A stretch of 64,000 bases of DNA from Cycas panzhihuaensis (Eukaryota > Plantae > Cycadophyta): NCBI GenBank assembly GCA_023213395.1, contig CM041465.1:180117741-180181740 (forward strand), given 5' to 3'. Below are positions 13,842 to 27,950 of this stretch, piece after piece. How positions within the stretch are numbered: the stretch's first letter is position 1; each line of letters begins with the position of its first letter. The position numbers were made by a program, and so were the translations under genes. The notes beneath the pieces were generated by a model. That model was not told where the DNA came from, ran no database searches, and saw only the letters and a program-made list of their open reading frames with translations.

Positions 13842-16800
13842 AGCTCTTGAATAAAGTAATGTTGTGTCTCAATATGTTTCATTCTACTATGAAAAACTAG
13901 GTTCTTTACCATCTATATTATACTATGATTGTCATACCAAATTCTTGTAGGACCTTTCTATTTTAGTTGAAAGTCTTGCAATAGTCTTCTCAATCACACT
14001 ATTTCATATGTGCTAACAAATGCTGCTTTATATTCTACTTTGGTTGTAGATAAAGAGACTGTATTGTATTTCTTAGTGTTCTAAGCTATAGTTACCAGAC
14101 TCATACTGAAAATGTAACTTAAAGTTGATTTTCTATCATCGATGTTACCAGCCTAATTTGAATCTATATAGCCTATCAACCAAAATTTTGATGAAGCTTT
14201 ATAATATAGCCTATATTCTAAAGTGCCTTTAAGATAATGAAGAATTCTTTTGATTGCTTGCTAATGAGTAGTCTTTAGGTCTTGTATAAATCTGGATACA
14301 ACATTGATTGGATACATTATGTCTAGTCGAGTGGATGTTAAGTAGATCAAACTACCAATTAAGTATTTATAAAGTGTAGGATCAATCATTGCAGAGTCAT
14401 CTAATTTAGAAAGCTTAATTCATATTTCTGATAGAGTTGTTAATGATTTGTAGTTAGTCATCATGAACTTTTATAGAAGATTAACGTATATTTCATTTGG
14501 GAGATAAAAATGCCATTCTTATCATGCCATACCTCCAAATCTAAGAAGTAATGCATTAATTCAAAATCTATCATTTCAAATTCTTTATACATGGCTTCCT
14601 TAAAGTTTTGCAAAAGATGGAAGTCATTTCCAGTATAGATAAGATCATCTACATAAAGTCTCATAATTAGGATAAAATCTCCTTTGATTTTGATATAGAG
14701 ATTTGGGTCTGATTGAGATCTTTCAAAGCCTTGATATCTAAAATATTTGTCAATTTGGGAATACCAAACCCTCGATGATTGTTTCAAATGATAAAATACC
14801 TTTTTGAGTTTGTACACTTTGTTTTCTTTCTCCTTGGCTTCAAAACCAAGGAGTTGAGAGACATAGATATCCTCTTCAATATAACCATTGAGGAAAGCAC
14901 TTTTGACGTCCATTTCATAAACGTTCCACCCCATTTGAGCTGTTAAACTCATCATTATGCGAATTATTTCCATTCGAGCAATAGAAGAAAATGTTTCATT
15001 ATAATCAATGCCTTCTCTTTGGGTATAACCTTTGGCAACTAATTTATCTTTGCATTTATTAATTAATCTATTAAAGTAAAACTTAGTTTTATAGATCCAC
15101 TTAGTGCTAATTACTCTTTTATTGTGAGGTAAGTTAACTAATTCGCAAGTGTCATTTTTAATAATGGAGTGATATTCATCTTCTATTGCTTTTCTCCAGA
15201 AGCATGTGCACTGGCCTCATCAAAGGTTTAAGGCTCATGGGACTCTAAAACTTTGCTCAGGAGGGCAAAGTTTACCCTATGTGAGCGAGTGGATCTTCGA
15301 TTGTTGTCCAAAATATTGCCTATATCATGGTTCCTTTGAACCTATTTCAGAAGATTTTATGGTGGAGGTTGAGAGGAGGTTTCCTTCCTACATGGTTCAT
15401 TGATGATTCATCTATAGTTAAACATAGGAGGCACATATTTTGGTTAAGCAGATTTGTCAAAATTAATTATTACTTCTTTCCTCTTTTCTTGATTATCATG
15501 ATAACAAGCATCTTCCTAAAACTTTACATCTTTGCTCAACATGACCTTCTTTTACTTAATATCATAAACATTATATGATTTAAAAGTTTCACTATAGCTA
15601 AGAAATATGCATTTGATATTATAGTCATCCAACTTAGATCTCCTTGGGTCAAGAACATGTGCACAGGCTAGGCACCTAAAGACTCTAAAGTGATATATGT
15701 TTGGCTTATAGCCTGTCTAAGCTTCTTGAGATGTCTTCCACCTTAGGGCTTTGGTGGAGTACCTATTGAGGAGATAAGCAAATATATGAACTGCTTCTAC
15801 CTAAAACTCATGGCTTAAATTTTTATCCTTTAGTATATACCTTGCCATTTCTATAATAGTGTAATTTTTTCCTTTTACTACACCATTTTGTTTTGGGATG
15901 TAAAGATTAGTGAGCTACATTTTGATCCGATGATGTACATCATATGCTTTAAATTCATTGGAGATGAATTCTCCTCCATTAGATCTTAAAGAGAGAAGGT
16001 TGTACCTACTTTGTCACTCTACAATGGTTTTAAAGTTAATAACGTATTAAAATACATCTGATTTAAACTTAAGGAAGAATACCCACATCTTCCTAGTATA
16101 GTCAGCAATGAATGTAATGAAATAGTGTACACTTGCTAATGAGGCAACATCTATAGGGCTACATATATTTTTATAGACTAGTTGAAATGGACTAGTTACC
16201 TGATAACTAAATCTGGAAAGCTTTCCCTATGTTGTTTACCAAGTACGTACCCCTTAAATATGGTTTTATCCACGTCAATATTAGACAAACCATTAACCAT
16301 GTCCATTCTTTTCATTAGGGCCAAACTATTATAGTTGAGGTGTCTAAATCACCTATGCCATAAGTCACTTTCTAATTTAACTGCAGTTCTTAAGGCATAT
16401 GTATTCAATGAAGTAAGGACAAGTTTGAACAGCTTATCTTTTATTATTTTATCTTTTGCAATAATTATCTTGTTTCTCTTCTTGTCTTTGATTGTATACT
16501 CGCCATTGTCAAAGATGACCTTATAATCATGACCCATCATCTACCCCACTAATAAAAGATTTTCCTTTAAGGTAGGAACATATAATATATCATCAAGGTA
16601 TCTATACTCTTCTATATTTGTCATGAGAGCTATATTGCCTCTACTAACTGATTTATAGGATGTATCATCTTTAAATATTATTGAACCTATTTTTCTTTTA
16701 TCTAAGGTGCAGAATAGATTCTCCTTATGAGTCATGTGTGTGGAGCAACCTAAGTCAATGTATCAACTATCGTCTTCTTCTTCTTCTTTGGTATTATAAC

Positions 16801-17937
16801 TAGATAAAGAAAGTCTATTATTATCCCTTGTCTCTATATGGTATTTGTACTCCCTTTAGTGGGTGGTCTATGTTTTGAAAAATATTTGTCTTCCATGTGA
16901 CTACTATGATGATAATAGGAGTAGTATAAAGTCTCTCTTCTCCCATAGCTTAGACTTCGACTTCGTGGATGAGTTCTTTCAATGTGGGAAGGTCTCCTCC
17001 TTTCTTCATAATATGGAACTGGATTTTCCCTTTGTTTATTTTTATAATAGTCTTGATTTGATCTTGTCACTTGAACATTTCCTTAGCAATTAGGGCAATA
17101 TGAATGTATCTCAGGTTATTTCTCCTGATTTAGATACTTAGGAGGATTAACATTTCGTTGGTTTGCTCCCGGTCTCCTTTGATGATGAACTTGATATTTA
17201 GGTGAATCTTGTCGCAAATCCCTTCTAGGATTTCTATCTCTTCTCTTGGGAGGTGATTCTCTAGATTTTGATGTACTTGCTTGAGAATGAGAATGAATTC
17301 TGGCCTTGATAGCAAAGGCATGCTCAAGGGATTCATTTATATTTTGTTGTTCCTTGACCAACATCAACATGATGCTTAGCTGTTCTACCTTCAATGCACT
17401 TAGATCTTTAAGAATCCCTATGCTTGTTGCTACCATTTTAAACCTTCTTATAGCACCTACATATCTCAATATTCTTTCCACTACCCTTTGCTCTATCAAT
17501 GTATCTCCAAGTAATCTCATCTGGTTTACTATGTCTTGGACCTTAGTCATGAATTTTGTTACAGATTCTATTGGCATCATTCACAAGATTTCAAATTTGC
17601 TCCTTAGATTTTAAAACTTAAATGATACAACTCCTTCATAAATTAATTGTAGGGTATCCCATGCTTCTTTTGATTTAGTTGACTCACTAACCCGTAGAAA
17701 AATATGATCTTCTAATACATAGAATATAAGGGTAAGAGCTTCATTGTCCTTTTTAACATTTTCTTTATAAGTTATCTTTTTAACATTGATGGCATTATGA
17801 CCTAATTCAATATAGCTTATTTTTACAATCTCCTATATGTCATTAGTAATGAGGATGAATCACATCCTCTTACTCCAATTTAGAAAATTATTACCATCAA
17901 ATTTAGGGATTATCATGTTTCCAAAGTTTGATACCAT
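13842..17937 (-). pseudogene. Copia B gag-pol pseudogene (the RNase H tail continues at ~6185-6313)
   Basis: Starts MVSNFGNMIIPKFDGNNF at 17937. Contains gag (ESV..FMTKVQDIVNQMR), LYVPTLKENLL, DLWHR, and the RT ORF at 14461-14973. Confidence 0.92.
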
Positions 17938-20123
17938 CTCTTAGCTAAAGTTTTTAAAACTATAGATAAAATAAGGTTTTCAAAGGTTTAATTTTTAAAA
18001 TTAACTTAAGAAGTATTTTTTTAAGTTTTCCCCAAGGTTTTACAAGTGTCCTAGTCCCTAATAAGGCTTCTAGGGCTCTAAGTCTAAGGGCCTCTAAGGG
18101 AAACCTTCGATTACTATTCTGTTTAGTGGCACTTGCCCATAAGTGGCAAAATAGGGACCTAATATACTAGTACATGATCTCAATGCTTGATATACCTCAA
18201 GACGCAGTGCTACTATAAAGGTTTAACTAACCAAAGCAATCACCCTCTCCAGGTCTAGCCTTGGTCTTTGAATTCCAATAAAGATTCATCTCCACCTCAG
18301 GCTACCACCTAATATACCTTATAGCCAATGAATTTTCTTATCCAATAGGAGTAGGCCAATTGGTGTGTGCTTGGTGATAACTTCAGAGCTCTTAACTATT
18401 CCCCTTACAAGGTTAGAAAAGATGTGGTTAATTTGGGAATTATCTTTCTTAATGTGCGAGTAAATTTTAATTGAATGTAGTCTTGCTTAATCTCTTTGGG
18501 ATTATTTTTATTCAAGAAATGAAACAAAATAAATCTTTAAGTAAGATGAAATATATATCTCAAATAAAAATATGATATAAAACTTTATAAAGTTACAATA
18601 AACACAAGTAAAAGAATCAAGATACTTTTCTTCCTTTAATGAACTAAGAAATAAATGCTAATGTGCAATCTAATATTCTTGAGTTGAGATGCTCTTATAG
18701 GAATGAAATAAGAGAATGTATACACTTGTTTAAAGTAATGTACTAACTAATGGAATCCTTAATCTTTGGAATATATAAATGAACTTTGAAATAAAACTAA
18801 TCAATGAACCTTATAATTATGCTTTTGCAAATTTTAAGCTAAATAACAAATAAATCTTTTTAATAAACAGTAAAGTAACTCCTTCACTAATATGCCACTT
18901 AATGTTGAAAGATAATGATATTATAATTTGAGTGTCACATAGTACCTTTATAAGAATGAAAATAAAATAGGTGAATCCTACAATTTTTTAGAAGAAACTA
19001 TGCTTGAAATGATTAGTAGTACTAAGAAATAATCTATATTTATTGATAATATAAGGAATAAAATAAAAATCAAGGTAAATAGTACCCGTTTGATGTATTG
19101 CTATACTTGGACTTCTTGATGATTATGAAGCTAAAAAATGATATCAGTGGCTACAAATAGCTTATAATCTATATGGAAAATCAATAAATAACTCCAAAAA
19201 ATTGATTACCAGCAGATTATGCTCAAATAGGGTTAATTGAAATGAAGAAATACTAAAAAATATTACTAAATAAGCATGTTTAGTGTTGAACTAGAGCCTA
19301 AAATTGAGCAGCTTCAAAGTCCTACAAAATGATGTCAAAATAAGATAAGATTGATTCTAATGTGAATAACTAAAACAACTTTCTGACAATTCTTATGGTT
19401 TTGAAATCGGAGCTAAAATGATCAAGTTATTGAAAAAATGGTGAACATACCTCTTTAAGGATAGTGAAATAAGTGCTAAAAAAAGTGTTGACTTTGGTTG
19501 ATTAAAACACAACTAAAAGATACAATGAAATACAGTTCCAATAACACTAGTTTCATTAAAATCTGATACTCCAAGAGAAAGTTACAGTGAAAAGTGTAAG
19601 AAGCCCTCTTTAAGTATAAACAAAATAATTTTTTCTTTTTAAATGAATAAGCCCCTTTTCGTATGAGGAGCACGATCGCATGGAGATCAGTATGGTCACT
19701 GGCTTAGTCGCAACAGGGGGACTGCAGAACTCAAATGATTATCCAAACTAATTTATAGTCTTAAAATAAAAAAATATAAAAATCAATTAAGTGTAATTTG
19801 AAATCCACTCCTCAATGAAGCCAAATACTAAAATCACGTGGATTGAGGAGACTGGGGGCTCAATGCAAGGGAGTTATTCTCCTTTTAAAATTATGGACTT
19901 GAAATATTATTAATAATAATTAAATGTTTATATACTATATCAAATAAACATAAAATAAAGTATGTTAAAAAGTTGATTTGAATAAGTCGACACTATTATG
20001 GCCTACACAGCATCTCTGGAGATCAACAAAGGCCAAAAACATGATAATTTAGATCAATTCTAGATGCAGAGAGGAGGGGGATTCGATCCTCCAGCCAAAT
20101 TGATCAAGAATGGTCGAAATGAA

Positions 20124-20708
<585 letters not shown>

Positions 20709-21560
20709 TTTAAATAGGAAGAACAATGTGAATAATGACAGAGAGCATAGAGGCGAAGACAAAGGCTAAAAAACCATATAGATCTCGATCTAAGGATCGA
20801 TTTGATGTTGCAAGAGGGGCGCATCAGACTTTCAGGTAGATCGAGCACACAATCAATCAAAATCTAGATATTAATATATGTATTTTATATATATTAAAGG
20901 GAAAAAATGATGTTGAACTAGAGATGGAGAAGAATGACTAACTGAGAGAGGTAAAACAAAGAATAAAGCTTGATATTCACTTGCATGACTTCACAGAGGG
21001 TGCCCAAGGAGTGTCAACTTGATTACAAAAAAAAAAAAAAAATCAAAAAAAAACCTTTGTATAAGTCAAAAAATCAATGAAAATGGTGAGCAAACTATAT
21101 AAGGAGACTCAGCTAATTCAAACTCTCCACAGAGGGCACCATTTCTTATGAGATTTCAGGGGTAGCTAGGTATGTTAGATGGCAAGGCATTGGTGAAATT
21201 TCATGTCAAATGGTTGCTTGTAAGCTCAGAATGAAGCACTAGAATAAGATGGGCCAAAAATAGAAGGTTGTGACTCTAAGTGAGGTTTCTTCCAATAAAA
21301 GCAATGAAACTACGTGTGGTTTCTTCTAGTGGCTAGAGAACTCAATTACGATTAGAATGAGAAGTCATATTCTATTATTCTAATCAACTTGTGAGCCACA
21401 ATCACGAGTTCTAAATCGACTATGAAAAAAGTAAAATATAAACGAATATATATAATATTCTAAAGTTTTAATAATGTTAATGATTAATAATTTGAAATAC
21501 CATGCATGTACCAAAATTATCGGTGAAACTTGAAGCTAAACAAATGTGCTCGAAACTAAA

Positions 21561-21906
21561 TGTTAGCTTTAAGGTGCGAGCGAGAGGATTACACATAAGT
21601 ATACATCATTTTGAAATGCAAAATAGCGGTTTAAAAATACCAGGGAGGTATTCCCCACCTATATATAGATAATTTTAAGGAGGCGATAAGCGCCACAACT
21701 CGACCAACATTTAAAATTTTAAAAAATATTAAAATATTAAATAATTAATTGAATAACTTACCTGTGGTGTCTATGTCAACTCTTTATTGGCTATTGGTAG
21801 CTATTTAACGATGCTAGGTGGCCCGAGGTGTCCTAAGGACTCTCAAGGTAGCATTGAGGAGCCCAAGGTGCATACATGCACTAGAAAATTAGACTTTATC
21901 CCAACA
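21561..21906 (-). repeat. Copia B 5' LTR
   Basis: Homologous to 5803-6169 and flanked by the TSD AAGAA. Confidence 0.9.
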
Positions 21907-22977
21907 AAGAAACCCTTGAAAAACTACTCAAAACTAAATCAAGATTCCAATGATTCAGATGGTGCTCAAATCTAACCTCTTATTGAAAAGTTATGGTCAA
22001 AACACTGGAGGGTATTCCTTATGGGCAAAGAAAAACTAGGTTTGGGTGGCTTAAGCCCCCTTTACTGATTAGCCCCTAGCCTTAACTGGTTTGCATATGA
22101 CCACTGTTGGGCTATGAAAAGGCTACTAAAATTAAAACTATTATCAAATAACAAATAAAATTTTTGATTAATCAAAAAAAGTTTAAAATTAACTTATAAA
22201 GATTTAGCATCCACCCCTTTTAAAATAGACCCCAGATAGACGAGGTTCTCTATATGATCACCCACTACTGATTAAGTGCCTCCCATAGAATTAAGATCAT
22301 AATTTAATCTACTTAAATTTCATTGAAACTTTGTAAAAACAAAATATAAATCAATCAAAAGATTTATCGCACGTCTCATGTGTGAAAACAAAGAACTAAA
22401 CAATGATCAAACTTGTTTGAATCTGTTAGAACTTGATTACATTGAGTAAATATATAATAGGATCACCCCTACAGTAATGTGGAAACAACGTATGATTGAT
22501 CTAAGTTGAAAATAGGGTCCCCACAGCCTTAATACTCCACCCACAAACATATAGCCTCTACGGTGAATGGTGGACAAATGGAGGCCAAGATTCTTTAAAG
22601 ATTGATTGAAAGGGATTATTATGTAGTTGCGTAATCGTACAATCTCCCTATGGGCTAACAGGAGGCAAGTGGGGCACTATACAAACTTGAATAGAAGCCA
22701 CACAAACTTACTTTGATAGAGATGGAGTCTAAATAGTACAAAACAACACCAACAGGGTATCGTTTTCACTTGAAACTATTTCAGCGAGGATAGAGGATTG
22801 CTACCAACTAGCAAAACTATAAATGAGAGTTGTTATATGAAGAAAACACCCTACAATGGTATCAGATATACTAGAAAATACTAAAATTGATTACAAAATA
22901 TATAAAAAGAGATGAATAGGGTATCATTATTAACAAATAGGCCATCATTTCTCAGTTAAGCTCACACATTGATACCA

Positions 22978-23357
22978 TATCAAATTTATTAATAGGATCT
23001 AATAAAAAAGTGTATTTAAATATAACTTAAAGAAACAAAGATTAATGACAAAATAAGAAAGCAAATTGCTATAAAAATACACTATGAGTAAATTGGTTAT
23101 ACTATGCGTCTAAATTTTAGTAGAGCTTCTGCATATGAAAACTTCCAATGTATAAATGAATAGGGTGATGCTTAATTTATAAGCATACAATGCCCGAATA
23201 CAAATGATATAATTAACCGACTCAGCAACAAAGGTGGCAGACTTGACCAAACTATAGATTACATTTAAATTTACAAAGTGGAGGTCACACCCTATGATAC
23301 ATAAGTACAAATATATGTAAAATACAATATAATGAAGGGTCGTTATATGTTTTAACA
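22978..23357 (-). repeat. Copia A 5' LTR
   Basis: Homologous to 502-880, with the PBS adjacent at 22969-22977. Confidence 0.9.
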
Positions 23358-23362
23358 GATAA

Positions 23363-24000
23363 TTGGAGTGTGGCTACTGAAGTAGATAAAGAAAGGTGGG
23401 CTGAACTAATACAAGAAACTAGATAAAAACTTGTAACGAAAAGATGTAATAAGGTAATATAGGATTATGATAGTACAATAAAGGATTGTAGTTGTGACAA
23501 AGGACTTTGATACTATAATAGAATTTATAGCACTATGGTAAAACACTGTAATATTATGCCATAAATTTGCAATAAGAAGATCAAGACTTACAATCATGAA
23601 AATCAGAATAAGTATGATTCCACAAAAGAAGATAAAGAGCTAAGAAGCAACTATGTAAAGCAAGATAGAATCTTGTAGTAGTTAACAAGAAAGATTCAAT
23701 CTTTAAAATAATTAAACAGTGAATTTTCTTTTACTAAAAATTAAAAAAATAATTGTAATATTATACCATAAATATATGATGAGAAGATCAAGATTTATAA
23801 TCATGTGAATCAGAATAAGTATGATGCCACAAAGGAATATAAGGAGCTAAGAAGCAACTATGTAAAGCAAAATAGAAACTTGCAATAACTAGTAAGAAAT
23901 ATTCAATCCTTAAAACAATTGAATAGTGAAACTTTTAAACTAAAATTTGAGAAAATAAGCTACCACATTTGCATGAAATTTAGTTATATAATAGTGTAAA
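23363..24000 (+). pseudogene. 3' part of the unknown host ORF (coiled-coil-like, with an internal repeat)
   Basis: Reads (EDN)WSVATEVDKERWAELIQETR*KLVTKRCNKVI*DYDSTIKDC...KELRSNYVKQDRIL**LTRKIQSLK*LNSE. Most stops are TAA/TAG, consistent with C>T decay of Gln codons. Confidence 0.55.
23546..23957 (+). repeat. Two tandem copies of a ~206-bp unit
   Basis: Units start at ~23546 and ~23752 and share AATCAGAATAAGTATGAT and GAGCTAAGAAGCAACTATGTAAAGCAA. Confidence 0.9.
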
Positions 24001-25482
24001 AAAATAAATTCAAGCATGTATCTTTTCAAATAGAATGTTATAAAGAGGAAATATTAGGTGTATCTTATGTAATCCTCCTTGAATGATGATCTATTGCTTT
24101 GGTTTCAAACTTATAAAAAGGGAGAGATTGGCTCGCAGCCTCATGTTGTTTATGGTGTGGATCCCCTTTATCCAAATGGGGTTTCCCCTCCTTTAGGAGG
24201 CCCCTATGGGCAAAACACACTTCCTCATACATCATTTTATAACACTTCTATTTATCCAAAGGTACCCATAGGTGCCTAGCCTAGTCCTTCACCCTACCTA
24301 CCTATAAGAGTCATGCCTTCAATAACCACCCTTATCCCAACAACCTTTACAAACCTCTTTAGTTCCACCCTACTAGGCCTAACAAGCCCAACCTACTCCT
24401 AGTCCCCTAAACATAGGTGATCCCTAAGGGATTCCCTCTCATGTAACAATCTCATGCCCTTATGGTAAGCCTAAAAATGGTTAAGGCACTCCCTCAGTTG
24501 ATCTAACCTTACTAGACCTACTAGTAAGGATAATCCCCTTATGGTATCATCCTAGGCTAATGGCCCTCACCTCAAGTGGTAACCCTACACTCAACTCAAA
24601 TAATCCCCTAGCCAAAATTGATACCTCATAGGTTAATCCCCCAACTAATAACATCAAACATGGTAATTGCATACCTCTATTCAATAACCATGCACCATAA
24701 TATAAATCCCACATTAAGTTAGGGTAATACCCTAGCCAACCACACAACCCATTTTTAAGAAAGAAGAAGGAAACAAAGATGAACAATTAAGCCTTTTGTT
24801 CTAAGGTGAAGAGTGTAAATTTAATCAAGATTCCCCTCCCCATACATCAGTTATGGTCCTCTATGCACTTATTATAATGGAGTGCTATGCATGCCTTAGT
24901 GTCCCTAGTGTTCTAGAATTTGATGACAAGGATGTTTATCTACAATGATTAGGTACCATTAATTATATTTAGGATATAAATTATCTCATTAGTATACAAG
25001 CACCTCTACCTCAAACCCCTCTCGTACTTAACTTTAATCTTGATCCTTTTACATTAGGCGATAAACCTATTATGGGTGATTCCCCCTCTAATTCCTTGTA
25101 ATAGATCTTTGGCCCTCCTCTTCTTGCAGAATCATTTATAAGATCCACTTGAGTGTTCTTTATAAGATATTCAACCTCCATGTTAGGATGAATCTTTAAA
25201 ATAGTCCTTAAAAATTATAAACTAGGGGCATGATGATAGTCTTAATACCCTCATATACCTTAGGTCAAAGACAAACTAGTCATAGTTGATGATCACCCTA
25301 AAAATAACAAAGTAGTAATCTCATACCCAACTAGGTTAATCCCCCAATTATTTCCATTTTATTGAACCTACCAATAGGGGTAGCTCCCCTATGTTTGTAC
25401 ACCCTAAGTAGTAACCCCATACCCCTACATGGCTACCTCATTATCTAGTAGGCAACACCCAAAATCCCCTTTGAATTATCAA

Positions 25483-26430
25483 TCACTGGTGGTGTTAAAC
25501 TATGGTGATCTCACTTAAAATAATGAAGCACTACTTGAATGTCCAATTGAGGTAGTCCCCTAGATAATCTTATCTTACCATGTGAAAACCCCACATCTTA
25601 CAAAAGTAGTCTAAAATTTTCCCCTAAGGCACTAATCATTGACAAGGCTAAACTATAATAAGCACCACGAGGCACTGCCTCTATCACTTGGAAGAAAATT
25701 CCTAAAAATTCCATCTAAGTTATTAATCACTAATGAGGTTAAACTATGGTGATCTTATTTTAAACAAAAACATCCTAAAGGGCAACACACTCCTAGAAGA
25801 AAAATATTAAACTATGAGGCACTACCTCATCATCTAACAAGTAAATCACTATTGAGGTTAAATTATGGTGATCTCACTTCAAATAATGAAGCACCATTTG
25901 AATGTCCAGTTGGGGTAGTCCCTTAGTCAATCTTATCTTACCACGTGGCAACCCCACACTCAACAAAAATATACCAAAGTTTTCCTTTGAGGCACTAATC
26001 ACTAATAAGGCTAAACTATGGTAAGTACCATGAGGTACTACCTCATCACTTAGTAGAAAAAAACCCAAATTTTCTATCTAAGTTATCAATTACCAATGAG
26101 GTTAAATTATTATGATCTCACTTCAAATAAAAGCATCCTAAAGGGTAGCACCCTCTTTAGAGAAAATTATTTTAAAACCTATGAGGCACTACCTCATCAT
26201 TTAATAGAAATAACCCAAAATTTTCCTCTAAATTAACTAATCATTGATGAGGTTAAACTATGGTGATCTCAATTCAAACAATGAAGTACCACTTAAATGT
26301 CTATATGGGGTAATCCCCCTAACCAATCTATCCTACCATGTGGCAACTCCACACCCAATAGAAAGAGCCCAATTTTTTCTTCTAAATTATTGACCACTAA
26401 GGAGGTTAAACTATGGTGATCCCATCTTTA
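25483..26430 (+). repeat. Higher-order tandem repeat (~365-bp unit, ~2.5 copies, 8 copies of the submotif ACTAATGAGG(T/C)TAAACTATGGT)
   Basis: Units start at ~25483, ~25846 and ~26240 and share GGTGATCTCACTTCAAATAATGAAGCACC and TGAGGCACTACCTCATCA. Confidence 0.9.
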
Positions 26431-26713
26431 ACATAATTCCATAATGAGTTGAGCTCTTTGAAGAGTTCTAAGACCTACTAAAACTTTTAAAAAATTTATC
26501 AGGAAGGAAGTTAAATTGTGGCACTCCTACCCATAATATGAGAGTACAACCTGCCCTTCTCCCAGGTCACGACTTTAGGGACATTATACTCTATAATAAG
26601 TCTAAACTAACTAAGCTCCTCTATAAGCTTAAACTAGAACTAAAACCTCATAATACTTCAAGCAAAACTATAAACTACAACCACTCCCCCTCGGTTATAT
26701 ACTTGGGGCCATC

Positions 26714-26860
26714 CCACTCTACAATGAGTATAAACTTATTATACTCTAAAATGAGGGTAAATTAATATCACTCTATAATGAGTATAAACTAGTTGCACTT
26801 TATCATAAGTATAAACTACCACTTTCATTCTAGCACCTCTATCATGAGAATACGCTTGCC
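26714..26860 (+). repeat. ~27-bp degenerate minisatellite ((C/T)ACTCTATAATGAGTATAAACT)
   Basis: About five degenerate copies, plus one more near 26587. Confidence 0.7.
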
Positions 26861-27539
26861 TACAATGATCCCTTATGATCCTTTTCATAATAGATGTCTC
26901 TATGGATTCTATAGTAGCCTTATAATAGCCTTTTTCAAGCATTTCCAAAGTATTATACTCGAAGAAAACCTATACACATAACCTAAATTTACCCCATGGT
27001 TTGGCCACCAAGGGTTTGTTTTTAAGTCCTATCAATCATGTACTTTCTAAAAGGTTACACTACCATTTTAGATGGTGTGGTTTCCCATGTACTAGTTTAT
27101 TACTATTGCATTTTCTCAAACCTAACACATCCCCTAGTATGATGACTTTTCAAAAAAAGAAAAAATAGAGAGGAAAAAAAAAGAATATACCTATACTGCC
27201 TTCTTGGTACCCAAGGTAAGTCACATATTGACTTTAGCCCCACCTAAAATATGAAATTTGGGTCTAAATGTATGGACCATTCATGATCTTTGAATTTAGT
27301 TGTTTAGATTCATTGTGGACTCAATCATGATCAAAACTTATTTGACACTATGAGCATAAAACCATTAACCTTGAGAACTTATAGTAATACTAATAACAAG
27401 CCACTCATGGGGCCTATTCCTAACCCATTTGATAGTCAAACTTAAGCCCATGAACCTAATGCCCTTCCTTACTAATTGATTCCCACTCTAGTCCCTATGT
27501 TTATGAGATTATCTCTAAGCTACCCTTGCATCCTTATTA

Positions 27540-27950
27540 CATTGATCATCCATGTTGATGGGGGAAGCTATGGAAATCATGGATTTTTTATTATCGCTTG
27601 GATAATTTATGACCAAATAAGCATCTTTCTAACAAATGCTAGAATATTATATTTTGCTCTAAAGGACAATCACTAATGAGGTTAAAATATAGCAACCACT
27701 TCTAGCTTTTAAGCCCATTGATGACATTTGGTTTTTCAGCCAATCTCCTCATCTCTCTTTATCATATTACTTTAAAATGGTCCTAAACTACATGTTGCTC
27801 TGAAATGAGCATAAATTATCTGATATACTAGTAGAATGTTAAACTATTATATAAATTTATATGTACCATCCTCAGTATATCTTCTCCAAAAGGAAACTCT
27901 AATTCATTATGAATTTAAACTAGAACTAACTCTACCATTAGTCTAAATTA
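27540..27950 (+). pseudogene. RNase H (retroelement RVT_3-like) remnant
   Basis: IHVDGGSYGNHG (compare DGASRGNPG), ITNEVK (TNEAE), YFKMVLN (DSKMV), and a KGNS-like end, in roughly the expected spacing. Confidence 0.65.

Noticed and set aside
15256-15266. GCTCAGGAGGG match to part of miR390
   Set aside because: It is only 11 nt, lies inside copia pol, has no precursor hairpin, and is not kept in the duplicate.
17926-17937. PBS-like TGGTATCAAA on the minus strand
   Set aside because: It is the gag start (ATG GTA TCA AAC), with no adjacent LTR end; the real LTR end is at 21561.
25483-26430. CRISPR-like repeated motif with spacers
   Set aside because: The context is a eukaryotic TE, the intervening sequences are themselves repeats with irregular spacing, and there are no cas genes.
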